25,785 nucleotides of DNA, taken from positions 1 through 25,785 of the forward strand of contig NIVC01005115.1 in the NCBI GenBank assembly GCA_002269645.1, in the 5' to 3' direction. Below the pieces are notes generated by a model that searched no databases, had not been told where the DNA came from, and saw only the letters and a list, made by a program, of their open reading frames with translations. Positions 1 to 13,700 of this stretch are shown here, in pieces. The DNA comes from Macrostomum lignano. Lineage: Eukaryota. How positions within the stretch are numbered: position 1 is the stretch's first letter; every line of letters begins with the position of its first letter. The translations under genes were made by a program, and so were the position numbers.

Positions 1-145
1 CTCTCTCCTCTCTCTCTCTCTCTCCTCTCTCCTCTCTCTCTCTCTCTCTCTCCTCTCTCCTCTCTACTCTCCTCTCTCCTCTCTCCTCTCTCCTCTCTCC
101 TCTTACTCTCTCCTCATACCCTCTCTCTCTACTCTCTCCTCTCTC

Positions 146-176
<31 letters not shown>

Positions 177-419
177 TCTCCTCTCTACTCTCTCCTCTCT
201 TCTCCCCGTCTATCCTCTCTCCTCTCTCCTCTCTCCTCTCTCTCTCTCCTCTCTACTCTCTCCTCTCTTCTCCCCGTCTATCTCTCTCCTCACTCCTCTC
301 TCCTCTTTCTTCTCTCTCCCTCTATCTCCCCTCTCTCTTCTCTCCCTTCTCTCGTCCCTCCCCTCTTTTCTCATCTTGTCTTGTTTTCTATATCTCTTCT
401 ACTCCCTCTCCTTTCCTCT
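1..419. repeat. Degenerate (CT)n/(CTCTC)n microsatellite, truncated by the window edge
   Basis: Almost pure C/T sequence with occasional 'tact' and 'ccccgtctat' interruptions. Confidence 0.95.
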
Positions 420-1678
420 CTAACCTGGCCGTAGCCATGAGCTGGATTCTTCATCCGGCTTGAGGTAAAAAACTTTTTGCCGACCCCTGGCCCAGGGGGT
501 TGTCGTGCGGTTCACAGCCATGAGGGCCAGCCCCCCAAGACACAGAGAATGTACATGCCTGACGATTAGAAGTCAAAGGACCGCTGTACACCCTGTGTGA
601 GCGTGTGCATGCGTGCGTGCTTGTGTACAGTGTTGGCGAGCTTGTTTTGTGCTCAGGGAGTCAGCGGAATGGCCAGAATTGACGTCAGCGCTGCTTGTGG
701 CCCGATGTTTCCGAGAGCGTTGCGCCAGGGTGCCCGAAGCCCTCCTTCCTACTTGTCATTCCTGTAATCCAAGCAGATCTCTCTGTATTTTACCTTAAGC
801 GGTAGGTCTAGGGGTTAAGTTGTATGAATAAAGTCTAACGAATGGGTTCTGACACACGCTAAGTCGCTAGCCAAGTGGTTTGACGAATTCGCCGCCAGCT
901 CTTTTAAGTTAAGCGGAATTGACCTGGGTTAGTACGCTGTTGAATGGAAACTCAGGTAAGATGAAGAGTGGAAAAATAACCGGAGCTTCAGTTCACCCTG
1001 TCTTATTGCTATTAGAATTTCTATATTTCACATGTGAATGCACCTGACCACGCATGCATCATTGTTACTAGCGCTTAGTCATCTGTATTCTGCAGATATT
1101 CACAAAGCCAAATATTCATGCGATTTCGGGAACGCAAACCTGTTTGTTCATTTCCGCGATTGTCTCGAGCGGTTCCGCAGTCCTAATTGAGTTGGCAGGG
1201 ATTTATCCCTGAGGAATCACAATTTGTCCCCGATAGCGCCCCACCTGCTCGCTACAGTGAGCAGATCCGCCTCTCACTTCCCTAACCACCTCTCTATCTC
1301 CTCGCCATAGAAATGGAAGCATGCTCATTGCTCAGTTGATCCAATTAGTTCCTGCAAGCTATACTGCCGGATCCGACTGCTCCTGTACTCAGTCGAACGT
1401 AAGACACTGTTAGCAACAGGATCGTTAGTTCAGCTGGTATCTGCTCGGTGTGAGGCTTTTATTGCCAAAAACGGGAGAGCCAGCGATAAAAATACTGGGC
1501 GAAACGACTGGCATTGATCTGCTGCCTACCCACCGCATGGCATCATAAATTTATGCAGACAAAGATGTGGAGTTTGGCCAAGATTAGGAGGGGAAGGGGC
1601 AGTGGAATCGACGAGGATGAGAGGAGAGAAAGATAGCGGATAGGTGAAAATCTATCAGCTTCGTCGTGAAGGATATTC

Positions 1679-2360
1679 TTAAACTGTCTGGACCTCTGCC
1701 TCCTCTCCCTGTCTCTTAAACTGCCTGGACCTCTGCCTCCTCTCTCCCTGTCTCTTAAACTGTCTGGACCTCTGCCTCCTCTCTCCCTGTCTCTTAAACT
1801 GCCTGGACCTCTGCCTCCTCTCTCCCTGTCTCTTAAACTGCCTGGACCTCTGCCTCCTCTCTCCCTGTCTCTTAAACTGCCTGGACCTCTGCCTCCTCTC
1901 TCCCTGTCTCTTAAACTGCCTGGACCTCTGCCTCCTCTCTCCCTGTCTCTTAAACTGGCTGGACCTCTCCCTCCTCTCTCCCTGTCTCTTAAACTGCCTG
2001 GACCTCTGCCTCCTCTCTCCCTGTCTCTTAAACTGCCTGGACCTCTGCCTCCTCTCTCCCTGTCTCTTAAACTGCCTGGACCTCTGCCTCCTCTCTCCCT
2101 GTCTCTTAAACTGTCTGGACCTCTGCCTCCTCTCTCCCTGTCTCTTAAACTGCCTGGACCTCTGCCTCCTCTCTCCCTGTCTCTTAAACTGGCTGGACCT
2201 CTCCCTCCTCTCTCCCTGTCTCTTAAACTGCCTGGACCTCTGCCTCCTCTCTCCCTGTCTCTTAAACTGCCTGGACCTCTGCCTCCTCTCTCCCTGCCAC
2301 TCTCCCTGCCACTCTGCCTCCTCTCTCCCTGTCTCTTAAACTGCCTGGACCTCTGCCTCC
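1679..2360. repeat. 39-bp minisatellite (CTGCCTGGACCTCTGCCTCCTCTCTCCCTGTCTCTTAAA), about 17 copies
   Basis: 'AAACT' recurs every 39 nt from about 1718 to 2264, with a further copy near 2338. This explains the 13-aa repeat in the 1543..2505 (-) ORF. Confidence 0.95.
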
Positions 2361-2490
2361 TCTCTCCCTGCCACTCTCCCTGCCACTCTCCCTGCCACTC
2401 TCCCTGCCACTCTCCCTGCCACTCTCCTGCCACTCTCCCTGCCACTCTCCCTGCCACTCTCCCTGCCACTCTCCCTGCCACTCTCCCTGC
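2359..2490. repeat. 12-bp minisatellite (CTCTCCCTGCCA), about 11 copies; two more units near 2289-2315
   Basis: Direct tandem copies. One 11-bp unit shifts the ORF repeat from GRVA to GEWQ. Confidence 0.95.
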
Positions 2491-3039
2491 TAGCACAACG
2501 ATCACAGTTTACCTCTGTATGCGCTACGAGTAAAATGACACACAATGATTTAAAGACAACTACGTGAACTGGCAAAGGGTCAAACTAAGAGTACACAAGA
2601 TTAAGCAATATGCCCAAGGAAAATTACGGCATTAAGGCATTTAATTGCTCGTGCAAGAGTCCCGCAGAGTACAGCTACAATACAGATATGCACAAAAAAC
2701 ATAAAGCCATGCAGTACGAATTAAGTAAAGAATAAGACTATATGGAGTGGGAGCGAGTGAGTGACTAAGCGCTGAGAGAGAGAGGGGGAGAGTAGACAGC
2801 TGCGACTGGCAAAGAAGGATCAGCTCCAACTCCCACACACTCTGTGTGTTGGGCTAAAGTGCAACTGCTATTCGCCAACTGTATAGAGGGTGATTTATAG
2901 AGGAAAGTTTCGAAGGAGGTGAGGTGGGCAGGCCCGGTGCCTGAACCAGCACTGGTGCAGTGCGGTGCGGGTGTTGGAGTCGAATTTTAAAAGTAGTCTC
3001 ACAGGGAGTTGCCCAGTTGAGCCGAGTCTCCCTCAGCTC

Positions 3040-3076
3040 TGTGTGTGTGTGTGTGTGTATGTGTGTGTGTGTGTGT
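3040..3076. repeat. (TG)n microsatellite, left flank of the putative transposon
   Basis: TG run with one TA interruption. Confidence 0.95.
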
Positions 3077-3849
3077 TTGCGCACGGGGCATTTGTTGGGC
3101 CATACGCGTACAACGGGACCCGCACTGTTGGGCCAAAAAAAATGTTGGGACTGTCCCATCAAGTCCGTCCAACACTTCCAAAAAAGTTACAATAGCAGCT
3201 CAAAAAAATACTTTATGGATTCAGCTCGACAGCCTCTTTTTGATGGTGCAACTCATTTTTAATAATTTTACTTGCTGTGTCAATAAATAAGCAAAAACTG
3301 GCGTCCCAATAAGGAAAAATGATACAAAATTCGACTAAATCACTATTGGGACACTGAAATGGCTAATTTGCTCCCGCATATTTTTATTGGTTTTTTCTCA
3401 TATTTTTACTAATAGTAGATTTCAAGCGCATTCATTTGCTGCAGTCTTTGTTTCAAGACGTAAATACATAGCATACATTAAAATACATACAAAGCAAAGC
3501 ATAGCAAAACACTTTTAAGGGTATTTTATTGTCAAAGGATGGTTCTGGATGGAGATAAACCTAAAGAAATGACAAGGGCTTACATGTACTTCTGACTGTG
3601 ATGGCATCAGTCCTCTACACGAACTAAATTGTTAGGACAGTGTTGCAGTGTTGAATACAACAGCCCACTCTTGTTAGGACTCATGCTATTGACTGCTGCG
3701 CGCATTCGATATTCTATAAATTGTTGGGACTGTGTGCTAGAGTGTCGTTTACAAAAGCCCACTCATATTAGGACTTACCCCGTACATGTTAGGACTAAGC
3801 CCTACCCCCCTGTGTACATGGCTCCAATTTACCAGAGTCCCCTTGCTAG

Positions 3850-4702
3850 TTAAGTGTACATTTATTTTGGTCTATTATTGACGCCACCCCGCAAACGTAC
3901 GGTAAACAAAATTGGCATGTACTCGCCATGCTGAAATCAATGGTCAACTCTGCCTCTGCCATGGCACCCGAGTCACCATGGTATGGAAAGAACAGCATGG
4001 AATGGCACAGCGATAAACATGTAAGTGGTATTAAAAAACTTTGTCGGAAACAAGAAGCATTTATATTTAAATGCTATAAAAAATACTGCTCCTGCTAAGC
4101 AGTACCTACCTTTACTTCACTTTGATCAACTGCCATGTGGCGCAATTGCCAAAGGATCCGTCGACTTTAACCGGTAAGCTGTAAAAGCTTTGAGTAAAAC
4201 TTGGCATTTCGTCTGAATCCATTGACATTCAATAGCCTACGTGTCCAACCACAAAAATTATAAGTTTTGTACTTTTAACTCTCAGATTGGGTCTTAGCAG
4301 ATTCTATAGCTATGCATGCAAGGGCCCCTCAGAGGAGATGCTTAAACACTGCAGTGCATTTTTCCTAGCAATTATTGGGACACGAAGTGTTGGGCCACTG
4401 TGTGTGTGTCTAGTTTTTTCCGCATTTGTTAAGTCACCTAAAGAACTCAATTAATAAAGGGCTCCAGAACAAATTGATGGGCAAACGGATGACACACTGC
4501 ACAGAGACTTGTTGGGACATATTAAAAACAGCTTATTTTAGAATGGGTACACTTTACTAAAGTAGAATGCTCCTACAGAAAGCTGCAAGCAAACTAGCAT
4601 CTTCTGGAGCTGACATGCAGAGAAGAATGATTTTGTCGTCCTTGAAATCACTAAATAGATATGCGAAATCGATCTTTTGCTAATCCCACCACAGGTTCCA
4701 GT
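3850..4702 (+). pseudogene. Decayed spliced ORF inside the TIR element; exons 3850-4020, 4103-4173 and 4286 onward; product unknown
   Basis: AG/GT sites with compatible phases: CTAG|TTA, CAT|GTAAGT, GCAG|TAC, CG|GTAAGC, CTCAG|A. The joined frame is open for about 135 codons: LSVHLFWSIIDATPQTYGKQNWHVLAMLKS...HSDKH|YLPLLHFDQLPCGAIAKGSVDFNR|LGLSRFYSYACKGPSEEMLKHCSAFFLAIIG... It then hits a frameshift and stop in copy 1. Confidence 0.5.
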
Positions 4703-7700
4703 GAAAAGAAGAAACGAAACCCATTGACTAAATTGGCAGTCGACTCAATCGATGCCGACTGCAACGGACCTGTCAGCTTCGAACTCAGGAGAGCAGCTAA
4801 TAGTCTACGAGAGTAATGCTAGATGCCAGAATGCTTCACAGCATCAAAGTCTTAAGCAGAAGCTTCAATGAAAGGTTAGTTCATGCTGTGGCTGCATTCG
4901 TTTTCGTGTCTAGAAGCGTTATAACTTTTTGTACTTTTAACTCTCAGATCGGGTCTTAGCAGATTCTATAGCTATGCATGCAAGGGCCCCTCAGAGGAGA
5001 TGCTTAAACACTGCAGTGCATTTTTCCTAGCAATTATTGGGACACGAAGTGTTGGGCCACTGTGTGTGTGTCTAGTTTTTTCCGCATTTGTTAAGTCACC
5101 TAAAGAACTCAATTAATAAAGGGCTCCAGAACAAATTGATGGGCAAACGGATGACACACTGCACAGAGACTTGTTGGGACATATTAAAAACAGCTTATTT
5201 TAGAATGGGTACACTTTACTAAAGTAGAATGCTCCTACAGAAAGCTGCAAGCAAACTAGCATCTTCTGGAGCTGACATGCAGAGAAGAATGATTTTGTCG
5301 TCCTTGAAATCACTAAATAGATATGCGAAATCGATCTTTTGCTAATCCCACCACAGGTTCCAGTGAAAAGAAGAAACGAAACCCATTGACTAAATTGGCA
5401 GTCGACTCAATCGATGCCGACTGCAACGGACCTGTCAGCTTCGAACTCAGGAGAGCAGCTAATAGTCTACGAGAGTAATGCTAGATGCCAGAATGCTTCA
5501 CAGCATCAAAGTCTTAAGCAGAAGCTTCAATGAAAGGTTAGTTCATGCTGTGGCTGCATTCGTTTTCGTGTCTAGAAGCGTTATAACTTTTTGTACTTTT
5601 AACTCTCAGATCGGGTCTTAGCAGATTCTATAGCTATGCATGCAAGGGCCCCTCAGAGGAGATGCTTAAACACTGCAGTGCATTTTTCCTAGCAATTATT
5701 GGGACACGAAGTGTTGGGCCACTGTGTGTGTGTCTAGTTTTTTCCGCATTTGTTAAGTCACCTAAAGAACTCAATTAATAAAGGGCTCCAGAACAAATTG
5801 ATGGGCAAACGGATGACACACTGCACAGAGACTTGTTGGGACATATTAAAAACAGCTTATTTTAGAATGGGTACACTTTACTAAAGTAGAATGCTCCTAC
5901 AGAAAGCTGCAAGCAAACTAGCATCTTCTGGAGCTGACATGCAGAGAAGAATGATTTTGTCGTCCTTGAAATCACTAAATAGATATGCGAAATCGATCTT
6001 TTGCTAATCCCACCACAGGTTCCAGTGAAAAGAAGAAACGAAACCCATTGACTAAATTGGCAGTCGACTCAATCGATGCCGACTGCAACGGACCTGTCAG
6101 CTTCGAACTCAGGAGAGCAGCTAATAGTCTACGAGAGTAATGCTAGATGCCAGAATGCTTCACAGCATCAAAGTCTTAAGCAGAAGCTTCAATGAAAGGT
6201 TAGTTCATGCTGTGGCTGCATTCGTTTTCGTGTCTAGAAGCGTTATAACTTTTTGTACTTTTAACTCTCAGATCGGGTCTTAGCAGATTCTATAGCTATG
6301 CATGCAAGGGCCCCTCAGAGGAGATGCTTAAACACTGCAGTGCATTTTTCCTAGCAATTATTGGGACACGAAGTGTTGGGCCACTGTGTGTGTGTCTAGT
6401 TTTTTCCGCATTTGTTAAGTCACCTAAAGAACTCAATTAATAAAGGGCTCCAGAACAAATTGATGGGCAAACGGATGACACACTGCACAGAGACTTGTTG
6501 GGACATATTAAAAACAGCTTATTTTAGAATGGGTACACTTTACTAAAGTAGAATGCTCCTACAGAAAGCTGCAAGCAAACTAGCATCTTCTGGAGCTGAC
6601 ATGCAGAGAAGAATGATTTTGTCGTCCTTGAAATCACTAAATAGATATGCGAAATCGATCTTTTGCTAATCCCACCACAGGTTCCAGTGAAAAGAAGAAA
6701 CGAAACCCATTGACTAAATTGGCAGTCGACTCAATCGATGCCGACTGCAACGGACCTGTCAGCTTCGAACTCAGGAGAGCAGCTAATAGTCTACGAGAGT
6801 AATGCTAGATGCCAGAATGCTTCACAGCATCAAAGTCTTAAGCAGAAGCTTCAATGAAAGGTTAGTTCATGCTGTGGCTGCATTCGTTTTCGTGTCTAGA
6901 AGCGTTATAACTTTTTGTACTTTTAACTCTCAGATCGGGTCTTAGCAGATTCTATAGCTATGCATGCAAGGGCCCCTCAGAGGAGATGCTTAAACACTGC
7001 AGTGCATTTTTCCTAGCAATTATTGGGACACGAAGTGTTGGGCCACTGTGTGTGTGTCTAGTTTTTTCCGCATTTGTTAAGTCACCTAAAGAACTCAATT
7101 AATAAAGGGCTCCAGAACAAATTGATGGGCAAACGGATGACACACTGCACAGAGACTTGTTGGGACATATTAAAAACAGCTTATTTTAGAATGGGTACAC
7201 TTTACTAAAGTAGAATGCTCCTACAGAAAGCTGCAAGCAAACTAGCATCTTCTGGAGCTGACATGCAGAGAAGAATGATTTTGTCGTCCTTGAAATCACT
7301 AAATAGATATGCGAAATCGATCTTTTGCTAATCCCACCACAGGTTCCAGTGAAAAGAAGAAACGAAACCCATTGACTAAATTGGCAGTCGACTCAATCGA
7401 TGCCGACTGCAACGGACCTGTCAGCTTCGAACTCAGGAGAGCAGCTAATAGTCTACGAGAGTAATGCTAGATGCCAGAATGCTTCACAGCATCAAAGTCT
7501 TAAGCAGAAGCTTCAATGAAAGGTTAGTTCATGCTGTGGCTGCATTCGTTTTCGTGTCTAGAAGCGTTATAACTTTTTGTACTTTTAACTCTCAGATCGG
7601 GTCTTAGCAGATTCTATAGCTATGCATGCAAGGGCCCCTCAGAGGAGATGCTTAAACACTGCAGTGCATTTTTCCTAGCAATTATTGGGACACGAAGTGT

Positions 7701-10700
7701 TGGGCCACTGTGTGTGTGTCTAGTTTTTTCCGCATTTGTTAAGTCACCTAAAGAACTCAATTAATAAAGGGCTCCAGAACAAATTGATGGGCAAACGGAT
7801 GACACACTGCACAGAGACTTGTTGGGACATATTAAAAACAGCTTATTTTAGAATGGGTACACTTTACTAAAGTAGAATGCTCCTACAGAAAGCTGCAAGC
7901 AAACTAGCATCTTCTGGAGCTGACATGCAGAGAAGAATGATTTTGTCGTCCTTGAAATCACTAAATAGATATGCGAAATCGATCTTTTGCTAATCCCACC
8001 ACAGGTTCCAGTGAAAAGAAGAAACGAAACCCATTGACTAAATTGGCAGTCGACTCAATCGATGCCGACTGCAACGGACCTGTCAGCTTCGAACTCAGGA
8101 GAGCAGCTAATAGTCTACGAGAGTAATGCTAGATGCCAGAATGCTTCACAGCATCAAAGTCTTAAGCAGAAGCTTCAATGAAAGGTTAGTTCATGCTGTG
8201 GCTGCATTCGTTTTCGTGTCTAGAAGCGTTATAACTTTTTGTACTTTTAACTCTCAGATCGGGTCTTAGCAGATTCTATAGCTATGCATGCAAGGGCCCC
8301 TCAGAGGAGATGCTTAAACACTGCAGTGCATTTTTCCTAGCAATTATTGGGACACGAAGTGTTGGGCCACTGTGTGTGTGTCTAGTTTTTTCCGCATTTG
8401 TTAAGTCACCTAAAGAACTCAATTAATAAAGGGCTCCAGAACAAATTGATGGGCAAACGGATGACACACTGCACAGAGACTTGTTGGGACATATTAAAAA
8501 CAGCTTATTTTAGAATGGGTACACTTTACTAAAGTAGAATGCTCCTACAGAAAGCTGCAAGCAAACTAGCATCTTCTGGAGCTGACATGCAGAGAAGAAT
8601 GATTTTGTCGTCCTTGAAATCACTAAATAGATATGCGAAATCGATCTTTTGCTAATCCCACCACAGGTTCCAGTGAAAAGAAGAAACGAAACCCATTGAC
8701 TAAATTGGCAGTCGACTCAATCGATGCCGACTGCAACGGACCTGTCAGCTTCGAACTCAGGAGAGCAGCTAATAGTCTACGAGAGTAATGCTAGATGCCA
8801 GAATGCTTCACAGCATCAAAGTCTTAAGCAGAAGCTTCAATGAAAGGTTAGTTCATGCTGTGGCTGCATTCGTTTTCGTGTCTAGAAGCGTTATAACTTT
8901 TTGTACTTTTAACTCTCAGATCGGGTCTTAGCAGATTCTATAGCTATGCATGCAAGGGCCCCTCAGAGGAGATGCTTAAACACTGCAGTGCATTTTTCCT
9001 AGCAATTATTGGGACACGAAGTGTTGGGCCACTGTGTGTGTGTCTAGTTTTTTCCGCATTTGTTAAGTCACCTAAAGAACTCAATTAATAAAGGGCTCCA
9101 GAACAAATTGATGGGCAAACGGATGACACACTGCACAGAGACTTGTTGGGACATATTAAAAACAGCTTATTTTAGAATGGGTACACTTTACTAAAGTAGA
9201 ATGCTCCTACAGAAAGCTGCAAGCAAACTAGCATCTTCTGGAGCTGACATGCAGAGAAGAATGATTTTGTCGTCCTTGAAATCACTAAATAGATATGCGA
9301 AATCGATCTTTTGCTAATCCCACCACAGGTTCCAGTGAAAAGAAGAAACGAAACCCATTGACTAAATTGGCAGTCGACTCAATCGATGCCGACTGCAACG
9401 ACCTGTCAGCTTCGAACTCAGGAGAGCAGCTAATAGTCTACGAGAGTAATGCTAGATGCCAGAATGCTTCACAGCATCAAAGTCTTAAGCAGAAGCTTCA
9501 ATGAAAGGTTAGTTCATGCTGTGGCTGCATTCGTTTTCGTGTCTAGAAGCGTTATAACTTTTTGTACTTTTAACTCTCAGATCGGGTCTTAGCAGATTCT
9601 ATAGCTATGCATGCAAGGGCCCCTCAGAGGAGATGCTTAAACACTGCAGTGCATTTTTCCTAGCAATTATTGGGACACGAAGTGTTGGGCCACTGTGTGT
9701 GTGTCTAGTTTTTTCCGCATTTGTTAAGTCACCTAAAGAACTCAATTAATAAAGGGCTCCAGAACAAATTGATGGGCAAACGGATGACACACTGCACAGA
9801 GACTTGTTGGGACATATTAAAAACAGCTTATTTTAGAATGGGTACACTTTACTAAAGTAGAATGCTCCTACAGAAAGCTGCAAGCAAACTAGCATCTTCT
9901 GGAGCTGACATGCAGAGAAGAATGATTTTGTCGTCCTTGAAATCACTAAATAGATATGCGAAATCGATCTTTTGCTAATCCCACCACAGGTTCCAGTGAA
10001 AAGAAGAAACGAAACCCATTGACTAAATTGGCAGTCGACTCAATCGATGCCGACTGCAACGGACCTGTCAGCTTCGAACTCAGGAGAGCAGCTAATAGTC
10101 TACGAGAGTAATGCTAGATGCCAGAATGCTTCACAGCATCAAAGTCTTAAGCAGAAGCTTCAATGAAAGGTTAGTTCATGCTGTGGCTGCATTCGTTTTC
10201 GTGTCTAGAAGCGTTATAACTTTTTGTACTTTTAACTCTCAGATCGGGTCTTAGCAGATTCTATAGCTATGCATGCAAGGGCCCCTCAGAGGAGATGCTT
10301 AAACACTGCAGTGCATTTTTCCTAGCAATTATTGGGACACGAAGTGTTGGGCCACTGTGTGTGTGTCTAGTTTTTTCCGCATTTGTTAAGTCACCTAAAG
10401 AACTCAATTAATAAAGGGCTCCAGAACAAATTGATGGGCAAACGGATGACACACTGCACAGAGACTTGTTGGGACATATTAAAAACAGCTTATTTTAGAA
10501 TGGGTACACTTTACTAAAGTAGAATGCTCCTACAGAAAGCTGCAAGCAAACTAGCATCTTCTGGAGCTGACATGCAGAGAAGAATGATTTTGTCGTCCTT
10601 GAAATCACTAAATAGATATGCGAAATCGATCTTTTGCTAATCCCACCACAGGTTCCAGTGAAAAGAAGAAACGAAACCCATTGACTAAATTGGCAGTCGA

Positions 10701-13700
10701 CTCAATCGATGCCGACTGCAACGGACCTGTCAGCTTCGAACTCAGGAGAGCAGCTAATAGTCTACGAGAGTAATGCTAGATGCCAGAATGCTTCACAGCA
10801 TCAAAGTCTTAAGCAGAAGCTTCAATGAAAGGTTAGTTCATGCTGTGGCTGCATTCGTTTTCGTGTCTAGAAGCGTTATAACTTTTTGTACTTTTAACTC
10901 TCAGATCGGGTCTTAGCAGATTCTATAGCTATGCATGCAAGGGCCCCTCAGAGGAGATGCTTAAACACTGCAGTGCATTTTTCCTAGCAATTATTGGGAC
11001 ACGAAGTGTTGGGCCACTGTGTGTGTGTCTAGTTTTTTCCGCATTTGTTAAGTCACCTAAAGAACTCAATTAATAAAGGGCTCCAGAACAAATTGATGGG
11101 CAAACGGATGACACACTGCACAGAGACTTGTTGGGACATATTAAAAACAGCTTATTTTAGAATGGGTACACTTTACTAAAGTAGAATGCTCCTACAGAAA
11201 GCTGCAAGCAAACTAGCATCTTCTGGAGCTGACATGCAGAGAAGAATGATTTTGTCGTCCTTGAAATCACTAAATAGATATGCGAAATCGATCTTTTGCT
11301 AATCCCACCACAGGTTCCAGTGAAAAGAAGAAACGAAACCCATTGACTAAATTGGCAGTCGACTCAATCGATGCCGACTGCAACGGACCTGTCAGCTTCG
11401 AACTCAGGAGAGCAGCTAATAGTCTACGAGAGTAATGCTAGATGCCAGAATGCTTCACAGCATCAAAGTCTTAAGCAGAAGCTTCAATGAAAGGTTAGTT
11501 CATGCTGTGGCTGCATTCGTTTTCGTGTCTAGAAGCGTTATAACTTTTTGTACTTTTAACTCTCAGATCGGGTCTTAGCAGATTCTATAGCTATGCATGC
11601 AAGGGCCCCTCAGAGGAGATGCTTAAACACTGCAGTGCATTTTTCCTAGCAATTATTGGGACACGAAGTGTTGGGCCACTGTGTGTGTGTCTAGTTTTTT
11701 CCGCATTTGTTAAGTCACCTAAAGAACTCAATTAATAAAGGGCTCCAGAACAAATTGATGGGCAAACGGATGACACACTGCACAGAGACTTGTTGGGACA
11801 TATTAAAAACAGCTTATTTTAGAATGGGTACACTTTACTAAAGTAGAATGCTCCTACAGAAAGCTGCAAGCAAACTAGCATCTTCTGGAGCTGACATGCA
11901 GAGAAGAATGATTTTGTCGTCCTTGAAATCACTAAATAGATATGCGAAATCGATCTTTTGCTAATCCCACCACAGGTTCCAGTGAAAAGAAGAAACGAAA
12001 CCCATTGACTAAATTGGCAGTCGACTCAATCGATGCCGACTGCAACGGACCTGTCAGCTTCGAACTCAGGAGAGCAGCTAATAGTCTACGAGAGTAATGC
12101 TAGATGCCAGAATGCTTCACAGCATCAAAGTCTTAAGCAGAAGCTTCAATGAAAGGTTAGTTCATGCTGTGGCTGCATTCGTTTTCGTGTCTAGAAGCGT
12201 TATAACTTTTTGTACTTTTAACTCTCAGATCGGGTCTTAGCAGATTCTATAGCTATGCATGCAAGGGCCCCTCAGAGGAGATGCTTAAACACTGCAGTGC
12301 ATTTTTCCTAGCAATTATTGGGACACGAAGTGTTGGGCCACTGTGTGTGTGTCTAGTTTTTTCCGCATTTGTTAAGTCACCTAAAGAACTCAATTAATAA
12401 AGGGCTCCAGAACAAATTGATGGGCAAACGGATGACACACTGCACAGAGACTTGTTGGGACATATTAAAAACAGCTTATTTTAGAATGGGTACACTTTAC
12501 TAAAGTAGAATGCTCCTACAGAAAGCTGCAAGCAAACTAGCATCTTCTGGAGCTGACATGCAGAGAAGAATGATTTTGTCGTCCTTGAAATCACTAAATA
12601 GATATGCGAAATCGATCTTTTGCTAATCCCACCACAGGTTCCAGTGAAAAGAAGAAACGAAACCCATTGACTAAATTGGCAGTCGACTCAATCGATGCCG
12701 ACTGCAACGGACCTGTCAGCTTCGAACTCAGGAGAGCAGCTAATAGTCTACGAGAGTAATGCTAGATGCCAGAATGCTTCACAGCATCAAAGTCTTAAGC
12801 AGAAGCTTCAATGAAAGGTTAGTTCATGCTGTGGCTGCATTCGTTTTCGTGTCTAGAAGCGTTATAACTTTTTGTACTTTTAACTCTCAGATCGGGTCTT
12901 AGCAGATTCTATAGCTATGCATGCAAGGGCCCCTCAGAGGAGATGCTTAAACACTGCAGTGCATTTTTCCTAGCAATTATTGGGACACGAAGTGTTGGGC
13001 CACTGTGTGTGTGTCTAGTTTTTTCCGCATTTGTTAAGTCACCTAAAGAACTCAATTAATAAAGGGCTCCAGAACAAATTGATGGGCAAACGGATGACAC
13101 ACTGCACAGAGACTTGTTGGGACATATTAAAAACAGCTTATTTTAGAATGGGTACACTTTACTAAAGTAGAATGCTCCTACAGAAAGCTGCAAGCAAACT
13201 AGCATCTTCTGGAGCTGACATGCAGAGAAGAATGATTTTGTCGTCCTTGAAATCACTAAATAGATATGCGAAATCGATCTTTTGCTAATCCCACCACAGG
13301 TTCCAGTGAAAAGAAGAAACGAAACCCATTGACTAAATTGGCAGTCGACTCAATCGATGCCGACTGCAACGACCTGTCAGCTTCGAACTCAGGAGAGCAG
13401 CTAATAGTCTACGAGAGTAATGCTAGATGCCAGAATGCTTCACAGCATCAAAGTCTTAAGCAGAAGCTTCAATGAAAGGTTAGTTCATGCTGTGGCTGCA
13501 TTCGTTTTCGTGTCTAGAAGCGTTATAACTTTTTGTACTTTTAACTCTCAGATCGGGTCTTAGCAGATTCTATAGCTATGCATGCAAGGGCCCCTCAGAG
13601 GAGATGCTTAAACACTGCAGTGCATTTTTCCTAGCAATTATTGGGACACGAAGTGTTGGGCCACTGTGTGTGTGTCTAGTTTTTTCCGCATTTGTTAAGT

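Noticed and set aside
867-879. TAGCCAAGTGG Pol III A-box suggesting a tRNA or SINE
   Set aside because: No B-box at a suitable distance and no cloverleaf structure.
1543-2505. 320-aa minus-strand ORF of RG/RD-rich repeats
   Set aside because: It is explained by stop-free 39-bp and 12-bp units (multiples of 3), starts at GTG, and has no splice or homology support.
2854-3290. ORFs with CV/HT dipeptide runs (also 15091-15390)
   Set aside because: They are translations of (TG)n microsatellites.
4378-4415. ACAC-GAA-GTGT hairpin followed by CTAG|T as a Helitron 3' end, and CACTGTG as a RAG/Transib heptamer
   Set aside because: There is no 5' TC junction, unit boundaries do not fall at the CTAG, the stem is only 4-5 bp, and there is no nonamer at 12 or 23 nt spacing.
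4300-4925. Many 6-bp palindromic restriction sites (ApaI, PstI, SalI, ClaI, HindIII, XbaI) suggesting a vector polylinker
   Set aside because: About 14 seen versus about 10 expected by chance in 662 bp, dispersed rather than clustered, and no vector sequence recognised.
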